Shown in pieces: positions 1 to 7,841 of a stretch of DNA of 27,035 bases. The DNA is from a virus (lineage: Duplodnaviria; Caudoviricetes), in the IMG/VR virus record IMGVR_UViG_3300036770_008716, positions 1 through 27,035 of that record; one strand, given 5' to 3'. The position numbers and the translations under genes are program-made. How positions within the stretch are numbered: position 1 is the stretch's first letter; every line of letters begins with the position of its first letter. Below the pieces are notes generated by a model. That model was not told the DNA's origin and made no database searches. It was given only the letters and a program-made list of their open reading frames with translations.

Positions 1-162
1 TTATGCTTCAGGAGCTAATCGAACGGGTTCTTGGAAATCCTGATCATGATCAAAGATCAATTCAAACAACTCGTCTCCATTAATGTTTCTATAGTGCTTC
101 TCATTTATGTAGAGATCAAACAAATTTTCACTTATCTTTACAACGCGCATATCATAAATCAT
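1..162 (-). CDS. small hypothetical protein (53 aa, MIYDMRVVK...PEA)
   Basis: Not in the ORF track; read manually. ATG at 162 has a GGAGA RBS upstream, TAA at 1-3, and a TATAAATA motif lies about 30 nt upstream. Confidence 0.65.
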   Translation of the reverse strand: MIYDMRVVKISENLFDLYINEKHYRNINGDELFELIFDHDQDFQEPVRLAPEA

Positions 163-193
163 TTGTTTGTCTCCACATAATGAGAAGAGACTT

Positions 194-201
194 TATTTAT
201 A
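194..201 (-). promoter_or_regulatory. T4-type late promoter (TATAAATA)
   Basis: Exact TATAAATA on the minus strand, intergenic, upstream of the RBS and ATG at 162. Confidence 0.6.
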
Positions 202-204
202 AGG

Positions 205-297
205 TCAGAACAGGCATACAAAAGCAGTCATACAAGTTACTGCAATTACTCCGCTGAGAAAGAACTCAATCTTCTGACCACGACTTCCGAGTAGCAT
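205..297 (-). CDS. 30-aa hydrophobic peptide (MLLGSRGQKIEFFLSGVIAVTCMTAFVCLF)
   Basis: Read manually. GGAGG RBS directly upstream; fills the gap after the stop at 299; single hydrophobic stretch. Confidence 0.5.
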   Translation of the reverse strand: MLLGSRGQKIEFFLSGVIAVTCMTAFVCLF

Positions 298-298
298 T

Positions 299-550
299 TT
301 ATCCTCCATTTTTTTCTCTGGTAATCAGCTCAACATTAATCTCAGGAATGAGACACATACCCTGTTGAACCATTTTCTTTTGGTAACACCGAGTGCAATC
401 GCGGCAAGCAAACTTTCTGGGTTCAGTCTTTGCTTCACGCTCCAATCGAACCCAATCATTCCAATGATCACGATTGGGGAAACACGGCGGCATGGCCGTA
501 CCAATCATTCTGCTCTGGTATTGTTCAATGGCTTCTTGCAAAATTTTCAT
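299..550 (-). CDS. hypothetical protein, Cys-rich (CxxCxxC)
   Basis: 83-aa ORF co-oriented with neighbours; CRDCTRC motif. Confidence 0.6.
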   Translation of the reverse strand: MKILQEAIEQYQSRMIGTAMPPCFPNRDHWNDWVRLEREAKTEPRKFACRDCTRCYQKKMVQQGMCLIPEINVELITREKNGG

Positions 551-607
551 AGTATAATTCTCGGCTTGGTATTTAGAGACAAAAACGTTCAGAAAAATGT
601 TAATTAT

Positions 608-829
608 TTACTTTAGTGCATCATTAACAGCTTTAACTACATTATCAGGAACATCACTCCTTCCGTTGATATACTCAGCTACAATCCTCAGACTACCACG
701 AAGGTAATCAAGTTCAGCATTCATATTATACCGTTCTTCGAGCATAGAGTCAATACTTTCTTGACGTTTACAAATACCGCAAACCCAAGTTCCCTTGCTG
801 TTATCGTGCCAGATATGCTTACATCTCAT
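608..829 (-). CDS. hypothetical protein with N-terminal CxH...CxxC Zn-ribbon
   Basis: GGAG RBS upstream; CKHIW...CGIC. Confidence 0.65.
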   Translation of the reverse strand: MRCKHIWHDNSKGTWVCGICKRQESIDSMLEERYNMNAELDYLRGSLRIVAEYINGRSDVPDNVVKAVNDALK

Positions 830-864
830 TTCGATTCTCCATTAGCGACCTATTAATAGGTCTT

Positions 865-1107
865 TTAGGGCTCTTGCGAACTATTAATAGATCTTTGAAT
901 GGCGTAGGGCGCAAGAGTCTTAAGAGCGCCAATACGATCTCCAGATTCAATCTGCCAGTATGCAACATCAATTGTTCGAATCAGCTCGGCTTTGTATTCT
1001 TCGCAAAATGCCTGGAGTTCTTTCTCAGTGAATACCCAAATATTTCCAGCGATCTCAGAAGGATCGGCAGGATCTTTTGAGTGCTTCCAGGCCAGCTCCT
1101 TCATCAT
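865..1107 (-). CDS. hypothetical protein
   Basis: 80-aa ORF; ATGA overlap with the upstream small ORF. Confidence 0.6.
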   Translation of the reverse strand: MMKELAWKHSKDPADPSEIAGNIWVFTEKELQAFCEEYKAELIRTIDVAYWQIESGDRIGALKTLAPYAIQRSINSSQEP

Positions 1108-1262
1108 ATCCTGATCTTCTTTGTAACTGCATCAGACATCAATGCAATTTTAGTCTGCAGCGGTATACTGTTGTCATTGATGAATGAGTGGGCTGGGCTT
1201 GTGTTGAAAGTTGATAAGTACATCCCAAGAGCCAAGAAGAATGCTTGCGGTAGGGTGTTCAT
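1104..1262 (-). CDS. small hypothetical protein (52 aa, MNTLPQAFFLALG...)
   Basis: Read manually. Fills the gap; its stop overlaps the next start (ATGA). Confidence 0.45.
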   Translation of the reverse strand: MNTLPQAFFLALGMYLSTFNTSPAHSFINDNSIPLQTKIALMSDAVTKKIRI

Positions 1263-1280
1263 ACATTTTCACACCGAAGG

Positions 1281-1628
1281 TTATACATGATCGTTGCACC
1301 TAGTTCTCAGCCAATTATTTTTAACTTGATTCCGCCCTGGTGCGCCACAAACATCACAGACATTATTGCTAAGGCACTCTGCCATTGCAATAGCCCCATC
1401 AATAAAGTCATCGCCGATATCATAGTATACGCGAAGAGCACCAAACTTTTCTTTGATAGTGACAATCTTAAACCGACCATCAAGAGAAGTTTGAGCAACA
1501 TGATGATTTAGTACATGTAGAAGATTCTTGATCAGTTCGTACCAACCATCGTTTACTTCAAAATACAGATTTGATCCAAGAATATCAAAATATTTTTCTT
1601 CAAGACGATGTACGAGTTCTCTGTTCAT
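1281..1628 (-). CDS. conserved phage hypothetical protein (KEKFGxLRxY...CxxCG type)
   Basis: GWYELI, IKEKFGALRVY and CDVCG...C..H motifs. Start set at the ATG overlapping the upstream stop. Confidence 0.75.
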   Translation of the reverse strand: MNRELVHRLEEKYFDILGSNLYFEVNDGWYELIKNLLHVLNHHVAQTSLDGRFKIVTIKEKFGALRVYYDIGDDFIDGAIAMAECLSNNVCDVCGAPGRNQVKNNWLRTRCNDHV

Positions 1629-1921
1629 TCTTGCCACCAAGTAATTTTCCCATGAATGTTTTCGAATTGTTCGATTAGCTCTTCGTAATCCAGAACTTCT
1701 TCTGTTTCAAGAGTATCGAGCCATCGTGTGAGTTTCGACCAATCATTTGAATGCATGATTGGAAGTGCATACTCTTCTGGGTACTCTGAGTCCGTACCGT
1801 AAATGTCGATACGACCAGCAGCCCAATGATCTCCATGCTTCTGCGTCCACACGAGAGACACGGGTCCCATCCAGTTTGTTCTATAGTGTATCACGGCTGT
1901 CTTCCGAATGCGCTGCGGCAT
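1625..1921 (-). CDS. hypothetical protein (start uncertain)
   Basis: C-terminal part of the 147-aa ORF. The longer N-terminus overlaps another ORF extensively. Confidence 0.55.
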   Translation of the reverse strand: MPQRIRKTAVIHYRTNWMGPVSLVWTQKHGDHWAAGRIDIYGTDSEYPEEYALPIMHSNDWSKLTRWLDTLETEEVLDYEELIEQFENIHGKITWWQE

Positions 1922-2075
1922 CTTCTTGCCATTTTGCAAAGGCATTGTCTGCTGCTTTGCCTGGAGTATCGCCATAGCCACGAATACCATATCGCATAAA
2001 GCGTTCGTCCTCCCACTCAAGAACTGAACGCCAATCACCAGGGCTTTTCTCCCAGACACGAATTTCAATAATCAT
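1881..2075 (-). CDS. hypothetical protein
   Basis: ATG at 2075 overlaps the stop of the upstream gene (ATGA). Confidence 0.6.
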   Translation of the reverse strand: MIIEIRVWEKSPGDWRSVLEWEDERFMRYGIRGYGDTPGKAADNAFAKWQEDAAAHSEDSRDTL

Positions 2076-2290
2076 TCGTCTACATCCCATTCTATGCCGT
2101 TATTATAGCACCACTGCTTCATGTTGTCAATGTCTTTTTGCGCCTCGGATTCATGGTAATTCCACTCTTCGAGGGTGTACAGATCTCCACCACAACCACA
2201 ATCACAACCAAACATAACGCCAAGTCTGCTTGGGATGAATTGTACAGATTGATAGTTGCGTACCAGTTCTTCCAACTCAGAGAATTTCAT
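2072..2290 (-). CDS. hypothetical protein with GCDCGCGGD motif
   Basis: 72-aa acidic ORF with a Cys cluster. Confidence 0.65.
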   Translation of the reverse strand: MKFSELEELVRNYQSVQFIPSRLGVMFGCDCGCGGDLYTLEEWNYHESEAQKDIDNMKQWCYNNGIEWDVDE

Positions 2291-2331
2291 GGTATCCAGA
2301 TTCCCTTTACAATATTCACAAAATCTTTTTC

Positions 2332-2715
2332 TCAGCCATTGTCACACCAGCCTCTGGGATCCAGTCCGCCATCACTGATAATGTCCGTATAACTCTTGTT
2401 CTGTTTCCGCTTCAGGGCTTCGATTGCAGGATCAGTATACATGTCCTGCAAGTCTCTGTAAAGCCTGCTGTGGAAACTGTCTTCACCATCGTCGCCAGAA
2501 ACCAACCAGTCAATACGCTGGGCATAAATCTGAGCCATCTTTAGATAGTAGAGCCCTTTCTTAAACTCTTCCATGGTCTCCGCAGAGAAACCATAGCCAA
2601 CTCGCTCGCCCCATTCATTGAGTTCCTGCGACTCATTGGCGTGGATCATCCGCTCTACTTCATCCGAGATATCTTGGATTTTGTATTGGTTGTAATCAAA
2701 GTGTCCGCCTGACAT
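2332..2715 (-). CDS. conserved phage hypothetical protein (MSGGHFDY...RIDWLVSGDDGE)
   Basis: Motifs recognisable from phage hypothetical proteins; GAGG RBS; TAATG overlap with the upstream gene. Confidence 0.75.
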   Translation of the reverse strand: MSGGHFDYNQYKIQDISDEVERMIHANESQELNEWGERVGYGFSAETMEEFKKGLYYLKMAQIYAQRIDWLVSGDDGEDSFHSRLYRDLQDMYTDPAIEALKRKQNKSYTDIISDGGLDPRGWCDNG

Positions 2716-2900
2716 TAGATTACCTCGTATTGATGAGTTTCCTCGATGCTTACCTCAAGGTTCCACATGTGCGAATAGACTGATTGCTCTTTAAGCCAAG
2801 CAAAGAATTTATCCTGTGCTTCAACAAGCGTATTAGCCTGGATAATAACTTTGCCAGTCCAGATGTTGCCTTTACTAGTTGCTGTTGCCAGATATTTCAT
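2715..2900 (-). CDS. hypothetical protein
   Basis: ATG at 2900 with GGAG RBS, directly after the upstream stop at 2902. Confidence 0.6.
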   Translation of the reverse strand: MKYLATATSKGNIWTGKVIIQANTLVEAQDKFFAWLKEQSVYSHMWNLEVSIEETHQYEVI

Positions 2901-2901
2901 A

Positions 2902-3114
2902 TCAATCTCCACTGTCAATGGTTTTGACTTTGTTGCAAAGTTTGCACTGGTACTCATTGTAGCAGCGACCAAGATTTCTCGTATGTTTCCAATCATGGTA
3001 GCAGCCTTCTTTTTCGACCGTACCGATACCTTTGCACTCGTGGCATGTAGACTGGGCGCCACTAGCCCATGTAATAAGACCCTGCCCTTTGCAGGTACGG
3101 CATTCATGTTTCAC
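2902..3114 (-). CDS. small Zn-finger protein (DnaJ-type CxxCxGxG repeats)
   Basis: CRTCKGQG and CHECKGIG plus a further C/H cluster. GTG start after a GGAG RBS, downstream of a promoter-like element. Confidence 0.65.
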   Translation of the reverse strand: MKHECRTCKGQGLITWASGAQSTCHECKGIGTVEKEGCYHDWKHTRNLGRCYNEYQCKLCNKVKTIDSGD

Positions 3115-3146
3115 TTTAATCTCCAACTCATCACTCTATACATACC

Positions 3147-3205
3147 ATTATACGCGGATGAGTAGAAAAAACTATAGCAAAAACTCTAATTAAATCAATG
3201 ACTTA
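3147..3205 (-). promoter_or_regulatory. conserved promoter-like element copy 1 (IHF consensus, two T5 tracts, TATAAT)
   Basis: AATCAATGACTTA at 3193-3205 matches WATCAANNNNTTR; TATAAT on the minus strand at 3147-3152; same architecture as copies 2 and 3. Confidence 0.7.
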
Positions 3206-3208
3206 GGC

Positions 3209-3637
3209 TTAACTGTTGATTTGTCTAAACTCGAACTCTGAGCCATTTACAGTGATCTCCACCAATTTATCGCCAGAATAGCGAAGATACTCGCGCCCAC
3301 CATCAATCATGTTATCGCCTTTGGTGACGCAATCATGGCGATATCGCGAGACAATTACTTCGCCGTCCTCGCAGAGAACACCAGTCAATCCAGCTGCGAA
3401 CGCTGACTCAGCATTGGTGATGTATACGTTCTCACCCTGAACAAAGAGGCCAAAGTAATTGCTATGGCCCTTCTCGCGGTCTGGGTTGGCCTGATAGAAT
3501 ACATCGACGGGTGAATCATTCCACCAGCCTGCGCTATGCCGAGTACACCATGCACCCATGTACTGGGCATCATACATATCTTCGGCTTTCCGAATACCTT
3601 CTTCGGTGAACCAATAGGGTTTGTTGCTGATAAACAT
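3209..3637 (-). CDS. hypothetical protein
   Basis: C-terminal part of the 204-aa ORF; ATG at 3637 directly follows the upstream stop; SRYRHD...IDGG.EY motif. Confidence 0.65.
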   Translation of the reverse strand: MFISNKPYWFTEEGIRKAEDMYDAQYMGAWCTRHSAGWWNDSPVDVFYQANPDREKGHSNYFGLFVQGENVYITNAESAFAAGLTGVLCEDGEVIVSRYRHDCVTKGDNMIDGGREYLRYSGDKLVEITVNGSEFEFRQINS

Positions 3638-3638
3638 A

Positions 3639-4046
3639 TTATTGCATTCCATCTTGATATGCTTCCATTTCAAATTGAGCTTGTTGTTCGCGCATCTTGT
3701 TTTCGCAGCCAGTAATCCAAGCTGTTCGAGCGCCAGGATTACCAGCATAGGTAGCAGGAACTCGACGCGAGCATGCGCTGTAGAATCCACCTCGACTTGA
3801 GGGAGCATACACTCCTCCGCCATATACTTGGTGTTCCCTGCTATGATTCAGAACAGCATTACCAGCCATGACTCCAAGTACAGCGCCGATGGCTTGCTCT
3901 GACGATGAACCGCCAAGACCATCAGCGATCTTGTAGCCAGCCATACCACCCAGTACTGTCGACATCAGCTGACCCGTGTCTTGAGCTGTTGCGCAGCCAG
4001 AAGTCAGAGCCATCGATGCAAGAAACGCTACAGTCTTGATTTTCAT
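3639..4046 (-). CDS. glycine-zipper 2TM lipoprotein
   Basis: Signal peptide with lipobox LTSG-C, followed by GGMAG...IGAVLGVMAG glycine zipper. Confidence 0.75.
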   Translation of the reverse strand: MKIKTVAFLASMALTSGCATAQDTGQLMSTVLGGMAGYKIADGLGGSSSEQAIGAVLGVMAGNAVLNHSREHQVYGGGVYAPSSRGGFYSACSRRVPATYAGNPGARTAWITGCENKMREQQAQFEMEAYQDGMQ

Positions 4047-4444
4047 TTACCTATCCTCTTTGCAACTTCTGCTACATGTTTGCAGTGCTTGCGATACTCA
4101 AACCCAACACAATTACACTTGAACTTCCCGTTCATGACTCCGACCAGATAGGTGTTGCCCTTAGCCTTGGAAACAACCTTGAATGCTCGGAAGCCAGTGG
4201 GGGCTGCTCGGCCTGAACCTGAGATATATTTGATAGACTCGACATAACGCAGGTCTATGTTCCGAACCCGAATATATTTATCGCCCGTCATGTTGAACGT
4301 GTTCGGGCGGTCCCACTTATCTGTGGGGACAACTCGACCCTCATACACTTCCTGCTTTGGTGGAGGCATATCGGGCCATGCATACCGAAAGTCGGTAGGC
4401 TTGATCGTCACTCGAACGAATGACTCAACGCTGGGCATATTCAC
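4043..4444 (-). CDS. SWIM-type Zn-finger protein
   Basis: C-terminal CNCVGFEYRKHCKH (CxC...CxH). Confidence 0.75.
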   Translation of the reverse strand: MNMPSVESFVRVTIKPTDFRYAWPDMPPPKQEVYEGRVVPTDKWDRPNTFNMTGDKYIRVRNIDLRYVESIKYISGSGRAAPTGFRAFKVVSKAKGNTYLVGVMNGKFKCNCVGFEYRKHCKHVAEVAKRIGK

Positions 4445-4635
4445 AGGACGTAGTTCACCAGTTCGTTTGCATACACTTCGATGGTTTCGGGTCCAAACCT
4501 GGACTCGGTCTCTACGCGAAGAAGGATATGCCCGTTCTCCTCGTAGACTTCCTTGATGCCCACATAAGTCCCCCAGAGGGGATAGAATGCAGTCTTGTAA
4601 AGACGAAGACGCTCGACGCTCATTTCAGTTACCAT
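4441..4635 (-). CDS. hypothetical protein
   Basis: ORF downstream of promoter-like copy 2; start chosen downstream of the -10 box. Confidence 0.55.
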   Translation of the reverse strand: MVTEMSVERLRLYKTAFYPLWGTYVGIKEVYEENGHILLRVETESRFGPETIEVYANELVNYVL

Positions 4636-4654
4636 ATCAGCTTCCACAATATCC

Positions 4655-4713
4655 ATTCTACCGTATTTTTCAACTAAAAATAGCATAAAAACGCCTTATG
4701 AATCAATAACTTA
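4655..4713 (-). promoter_or_regulatory. conserved promoter-like element copy 2
   Basis: AATCAATAACTTA at 4701-4713; two T5 tracts; TAGAAT at 4655-4660 on the minus strand. Confidence 0.7.
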
Positions 4714-4956
4714 GCGACCCATAGCTTCCAGCCAGGATAAAATCTCCCCACTGAGCTCTCTGGCTTTCGGATCCGCGCTCTTCAAATTCATTGTAGCCAG
4801 CTGTTTGGCGGCATTCAATGTTTGCACGATAGCAAATGCATGCTCAACGGTTGGGGGATTATCGTCGATCTTTGAATATTGTTTTTCGCCAAGACGAAGT
4901 TCGAGTGCTCGGACTCTAGCTTCAAGATCAGCGATTTTCTTTTGCATTGGTGTCAT
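4711..4956 (-). CDS. hypothetical coiled-coil protein
   Basis: AGGAG RBS before the ATG at 4956; KIADLEARVRALE heptads. Confidence 0.65.
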   Translation of the reverse strand: MTPMQKKIADLEARVRALELRLGEKQYSKIDDNPPTVEHAFAIVQTLNAAKQLATMNLKSADPKARELSGEILSWLEAMGR

Positions 4957-5132
4957 TGTTGAATTCTCCTGATTAGTTGTTCTCGCTCTTCCCACTCTTC
5001 TCGGTTATAATCTTTGCGCGGATCAAACTTCCATTCCCTTTGGTTCGTTTGTTGTTGGTTTCTCAGGTTTCTTCGGGCACGACGTTCGAATTTATCATCA
5101 TCATAGTCGCGGTAATTTCTGCTTTTACTCAT
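4953..5132 (-). CDS. small highly charged hypothetical protein (59 aa, MSKSRNYRDYDDD...)
   Basis: Read manually. ATGA overlaps at both ends, exactly filling the gap. Confidence 0.6.
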   Translation of the reverse strand: MSKSRNYRDYDDDKFERRARRNLRNQQQTNQREWKFDPRKDYNREEWEEREQLIRRIQQ

Positions 5133-5635
5133 AGGTTTAGTTTGGCTACCTCTTTTTCTCTCAGTTTTAAAATGCGCCTGAACTGTTCATAGGTTCCAAC
5201 GCTCCGACCATAGGCTTCAACTTCCCATGGGCTGTCCCAGTATTCAATAAAGTTATCTGTGTCTTTGTAGATCTTACCTTCATATCGTACTGAGCCATTT
5301 ACATAGTCAAACAGCTGATTGTTGGTATACTGCTTGACATGAATTAGTTCGTGAATAAGAGTAGCCACTATGTCCTTCATTCGAGTATCAATCTTCTTGG
5401 CCTTCTTGACCAATGACTTTTGTATTCTGATCTCAAACTTCTTTCGATCTTGTTCAACCCCAAGATAGCAACACTCACCGCCCCATGTTGCCTTTTTGTC
5501 CTTGATAAGGATCACATCAACGTCAATCTTTCGTTGCTTTGACTTGGTGATGTACTTATCGAGAGTAAACCTGGCTGCAAGTTTCAGGTATAGCATCTCT
5601 TCTTTTGAAAGTTTCTCTCCGCTGAATTTTAGCAT
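5129..5635 (-). CDS. phage zinc metallopeptidase-like protein (HExxH)
   Basis: TLIHELIHVKQ and downstream PWEVEAY; GGGGG RBS; late-promoter motif upstream. Confidence 0.75.
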   Translation of the reverse strand: MLKFSGEKLSKEEMLYLKLAARFTLDKYITKSKQRKIDVDVILIKDKKATWGGECCYLGVEQDRKKFEIRIQKSLVKKAKKIDTRMKDIVATLIHELIHVKQYTNNQLFDYVNGSVRYEGKIYKDTDNFIEYWDSPWEVEAYGRSVGTYEQFRRILKLREKEVAKLNL

Positions 5636-5661
5636 TGAAATACCCCCCGAGGAATCCAAAC

Positions 5662-5669
5662 TATTTATA
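5662..5669 (-). promoter_or_regulatory. T4-type late promoter (TATAAATA)
   Basis: Exact motif overlapping the upstream stop codon, about 27 nt before the ATG at 5635. Confidence 0.6.
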
Positions 5670-6717
5670 CAACCCTTAGCAGGATTGTATCCGCATTAAC
5701 CCTACCATTAAGAAGGGAAGGTTTGGAATTCACCCCATCCATGACCTTTCGTAGAACTAGTTTACCTCCATTGACAACGTCAGGCAAAACTTTTTCGGGC
5801 TTTCGAAGAGTCTTGGATATTGAGGAGCTGGCAGCATAACCCTCGATTGAGGAACCTTTGACCGATAGGCCTGAGGCATCCATGGCCACATAGACCCCGA
5901 GTTTTCGAGTCTTGACGTTATAGACCCAGAGCTGGGAAGCACCGACGATCTTGATAGGATCGACAGACTGCAGCTTTAGTTTGTTATCAGCCTTCATGTA
6001 CTTGATCTTCGAAACTTTCTTCTCGGCTGAGATGGGCTTCTTCTTACGAGGTTTGCGGGCAACCTTCTTGTTCTCAAGGAACTTGCTGGCGTCCGCTACA
6101 ATAGCCCCATAACAGCGAAGCAGATTCATCATACGCTTCTTCGTGTAGCTGGAGTATCCCTCGACCAGATCGGCGTCCTTGCCTTCGGCCGCGAGCATAG
6201 GCTCGGCTGCTTCCTTCTTGAAGTGATTGATGATGAATGGAACATGAGCGGATTTCACTCCGTTATCGGTCATCCACTTGTATGCGTCCATCTTCTGATA
6301 GTTGCCTGTGATGCCATATTCATCGACCAATCCCTCCAGATCAGCAATGAACTGTTGGGCTTTCTGTTCGACTAGCTCCTGGATGTTGACAACTTTTTTG
6401 CTGGCAACGGGAACTGCGAGCTCTTCAATCTTTTTATTGTACTCCTGCTCCATCTTGGCCGCAGTATCGCACTCTGGATGAGGCAGAACGCACCCACGAG
6501 ATACCATGCGCTTAGACCATGCCAGAGTCTCGAAACCTTCAACCCACTTCGGGTTCTTGGCGCCAAGATACTTGGCTGCGTCCTCCTGCTTCATGTTTAC
6601 GCCATACCAAGTCAGCGCTGCACCAATCTGCGCTCGAGTGGCTGGCTTGGTGCTATCCCACGTGGGCTCGTCGCTCTTGTTCTTGGAAATAATACGATTG
6701 CGAGTCTTCGCTTTCAT
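5665..6717 (-). CDS. basic hypothetical protein of T4-like phages
   Basis: 350-aa Lys-rich ORF with LWVYNVKTRKL...SKTLRKP...NGRVN C-terminal motifs; first gene after promoter-like copy 3. Confidence 0.8.
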   Translation of the reverse strand: MKAKTRNRIISKNKSDEPTWDSTKPATRAQIGAALTWYGVNMKQEDAAKYLGAKNPKWVEGFETLAWSKRMVSRGCVLPHPECDTAAKMEQEYNKKIEELAVPVASKKVVNIQELVEQKAQQFIADLEGLVDEYGITGNYQKMDAYKWMTDNGVKSAHVPFIINHFKKEAAEPMLAAEGKDADLVEGYSSYTKKRMMNLLRCYGAIVADASKFLENKKVARKPRKKKPISAEKKVSKIKYMKADNKLKLQSVDPIKIVGASQLWVYNVKTRKLGVYVAMDASGLSVKGSSIEGYAASSSISKTLRKPEKVLPDVVNGGKLVLRKVMDGVNSKPSLLNGRVNADTILLRVV

Positions 6718-6744
6718 GTCTTACTCTCGATGAAACATGATACC

Positions 6745-6804
6745 ATTGTACTAAGATATCTCTAGAAAAACTAGTATAAAAACTCGTTACAAATCAATTA
6801 CTTA
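6745..6804 (-). promoter_or_regulatory. conserved promoter-like element copy 3
   Basis: AATCAATTACTTA at 6792-6804; two T5 tracts; TACAAT at 6745-6750 on the minus strand. Confidence 0.7.
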
Positions 6805-7043
6805 ACGTCGCGCACCGATCCAACCCGAAATGAACGCCACTGATTGACACCAAGATCCCAGACAGCAATGGAATTGCCAGTCTCCTCGGTGAGCATTGGA
6901 GCCTTGTTTCGATATTCTTCAGGCAGGTACTGCGACTGTAGCGTACAACTCATTACTCGAACTGTACCGTCAACCTTTTCAAACGTTACAGACACAACTC
7001 CGTTGCGGAGACGATTGATCAAATCTTCACGTGTAAATAGCAT
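6798..7043 (-). CDS. WYL_2/DUF2693-like Sm/SH3-fold protein
   Basis: VTFEKVDGTVRVMSCTL...VWDL...WRSFR motif. Confidence 0.75.
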   Translation of the reverse strand: MLFTREDLINRLRNGVVSVTFEKVDGTVRVMSCTLQSQYLPEEYRNKAPMLTEETGNSIAVWDLGVNQWRSFRVGSVRDVK

Positions 7044-7044
7044 A

Positions 7045-7422
7045 TCACTTTGCCTCTTTCAGATATTTACGAACTAGTTTATCACTAAATCCAAACATTT
7101 CCAACAACTCAAACAATGCAGTTTTTATATCATCTATTTTATGCGAGTTTACTCGAAACATCAAGCCAGAATATCCTGACTTACCCATACGCTCAACATA
7201 CCCCATCTCGTCGCCAATGATAGCCGAGAACAACTCCGCTTTATCTCGCTCTTCTTGTTCTTTAAACAGCAGAATATTGTACTTATACCCCAAATCAGTT
7301 TTTCTATCTTTTTTCTTTTTATCAGTTAACTTAACATATCTTGAGTTCATATACTCTAAGTTCAATTGATACCAAATAATCAAATCGCAATCAGCAACAG
7401 CTTGCTTCTCTTCTTCGGTCAT
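7045..7422 (-). CDS. hypothetical protein
   Basis: 125-aa ORF, translationally coupled by a TAATG overlap. Confidence 0.65.
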   Translation of the reverse strand: MTEEEKQAVADCDLIIWYQLNLEYMNSRYVKLTDKKKKDRKTDLGYKYNILLFKEQEERDKAELFSAIIGDEMGYVERMGKSGYSGLMFRVNSHKIDDIKTALFELLEMFGFSDKLVRKYLKEAK

Positions 7423-7841
7423 TATTTTTCCTTAAGATGTTTGGCATGTATTTTACAGCCAATGAATTCATTATAATAGTCATCGCTCAACAACACATCT
7501 TTCTCGAACTGTAGCTTTGCTTCCCAGTAGGACATTGAGCCCTTTGATTCACACAGCTTCAGTATTTCTCTCTTAAACAACTTAGATCCTTTCTTTTCAA
7601 CAAGAAGTTTAACCTGCTCACTAGAACTATAATACTCTTTCCAGTCGGATTCGTCAACTTTTTTTCTGCGCTTGGTTTTACCTTTGAGAGGCGGGAGCTT
7701 TCTGACTGATATGAAGTTCTTTTTGCCGATATATTTCTTCCCAGTCTCAAGGTTGGTAATTTCATATACAAAGCCCTGAGCTGTTCCAATCATCTCAGAA
7801 GTAAATGGTTTGCCTTGATACAACCAAGGATTATCATACAT
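7422..7841 (-). CDS. short GIY-YIG (Seg-like) endonuclease
   Basis: GFVYEITN...KKYIGKK, WKEYYSSS, FKREIL, E and YYN motifs. Confidence 0.85.
   Translation of the reverse strand: MYDNPWLYQGKPFTSEMIGTAQGFVYEITNLETGKKYIGKKNFISVRKLPPLKGKTKRRKKVDESDWKEYYSSSEQVKLLVEKKGSKLFKREILKLCESKGSMSYWEAKLQFEKDVLLSDDYYNEFIGCKIHAKHLKEK

Noticed and set aside
551-612. Possible fourth copy of the IHF-type promoter
   Set aside because: It has two T5 tracts and TATACT but lacks the ATTGATT/IHF core, and its spacing differs.
1625-3823. Long N-terminal extensions of track ORFs 1625..2068, 2715..3107 and 3209..3823
   Set aside because: They overlap better-supported genes. Downstream starts with an RBS or stop-start coupling exist for the latter two, and the first has shorter alternative starts.
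3147-6804. Repeats as a CRISPR array or att/IS ends
   Set aside because: The copies are degenerate, kilobases apart and separated by genes; no cas, integrase or transposase is present.
7422-7841. Intron-encoded or mobile homing endonuclease
   Set aside because: It is free-standing, catalytic-domain sized, coupled to its neighbours and interrupts no gene. nrdJ and thyX also appear uninterrupted.
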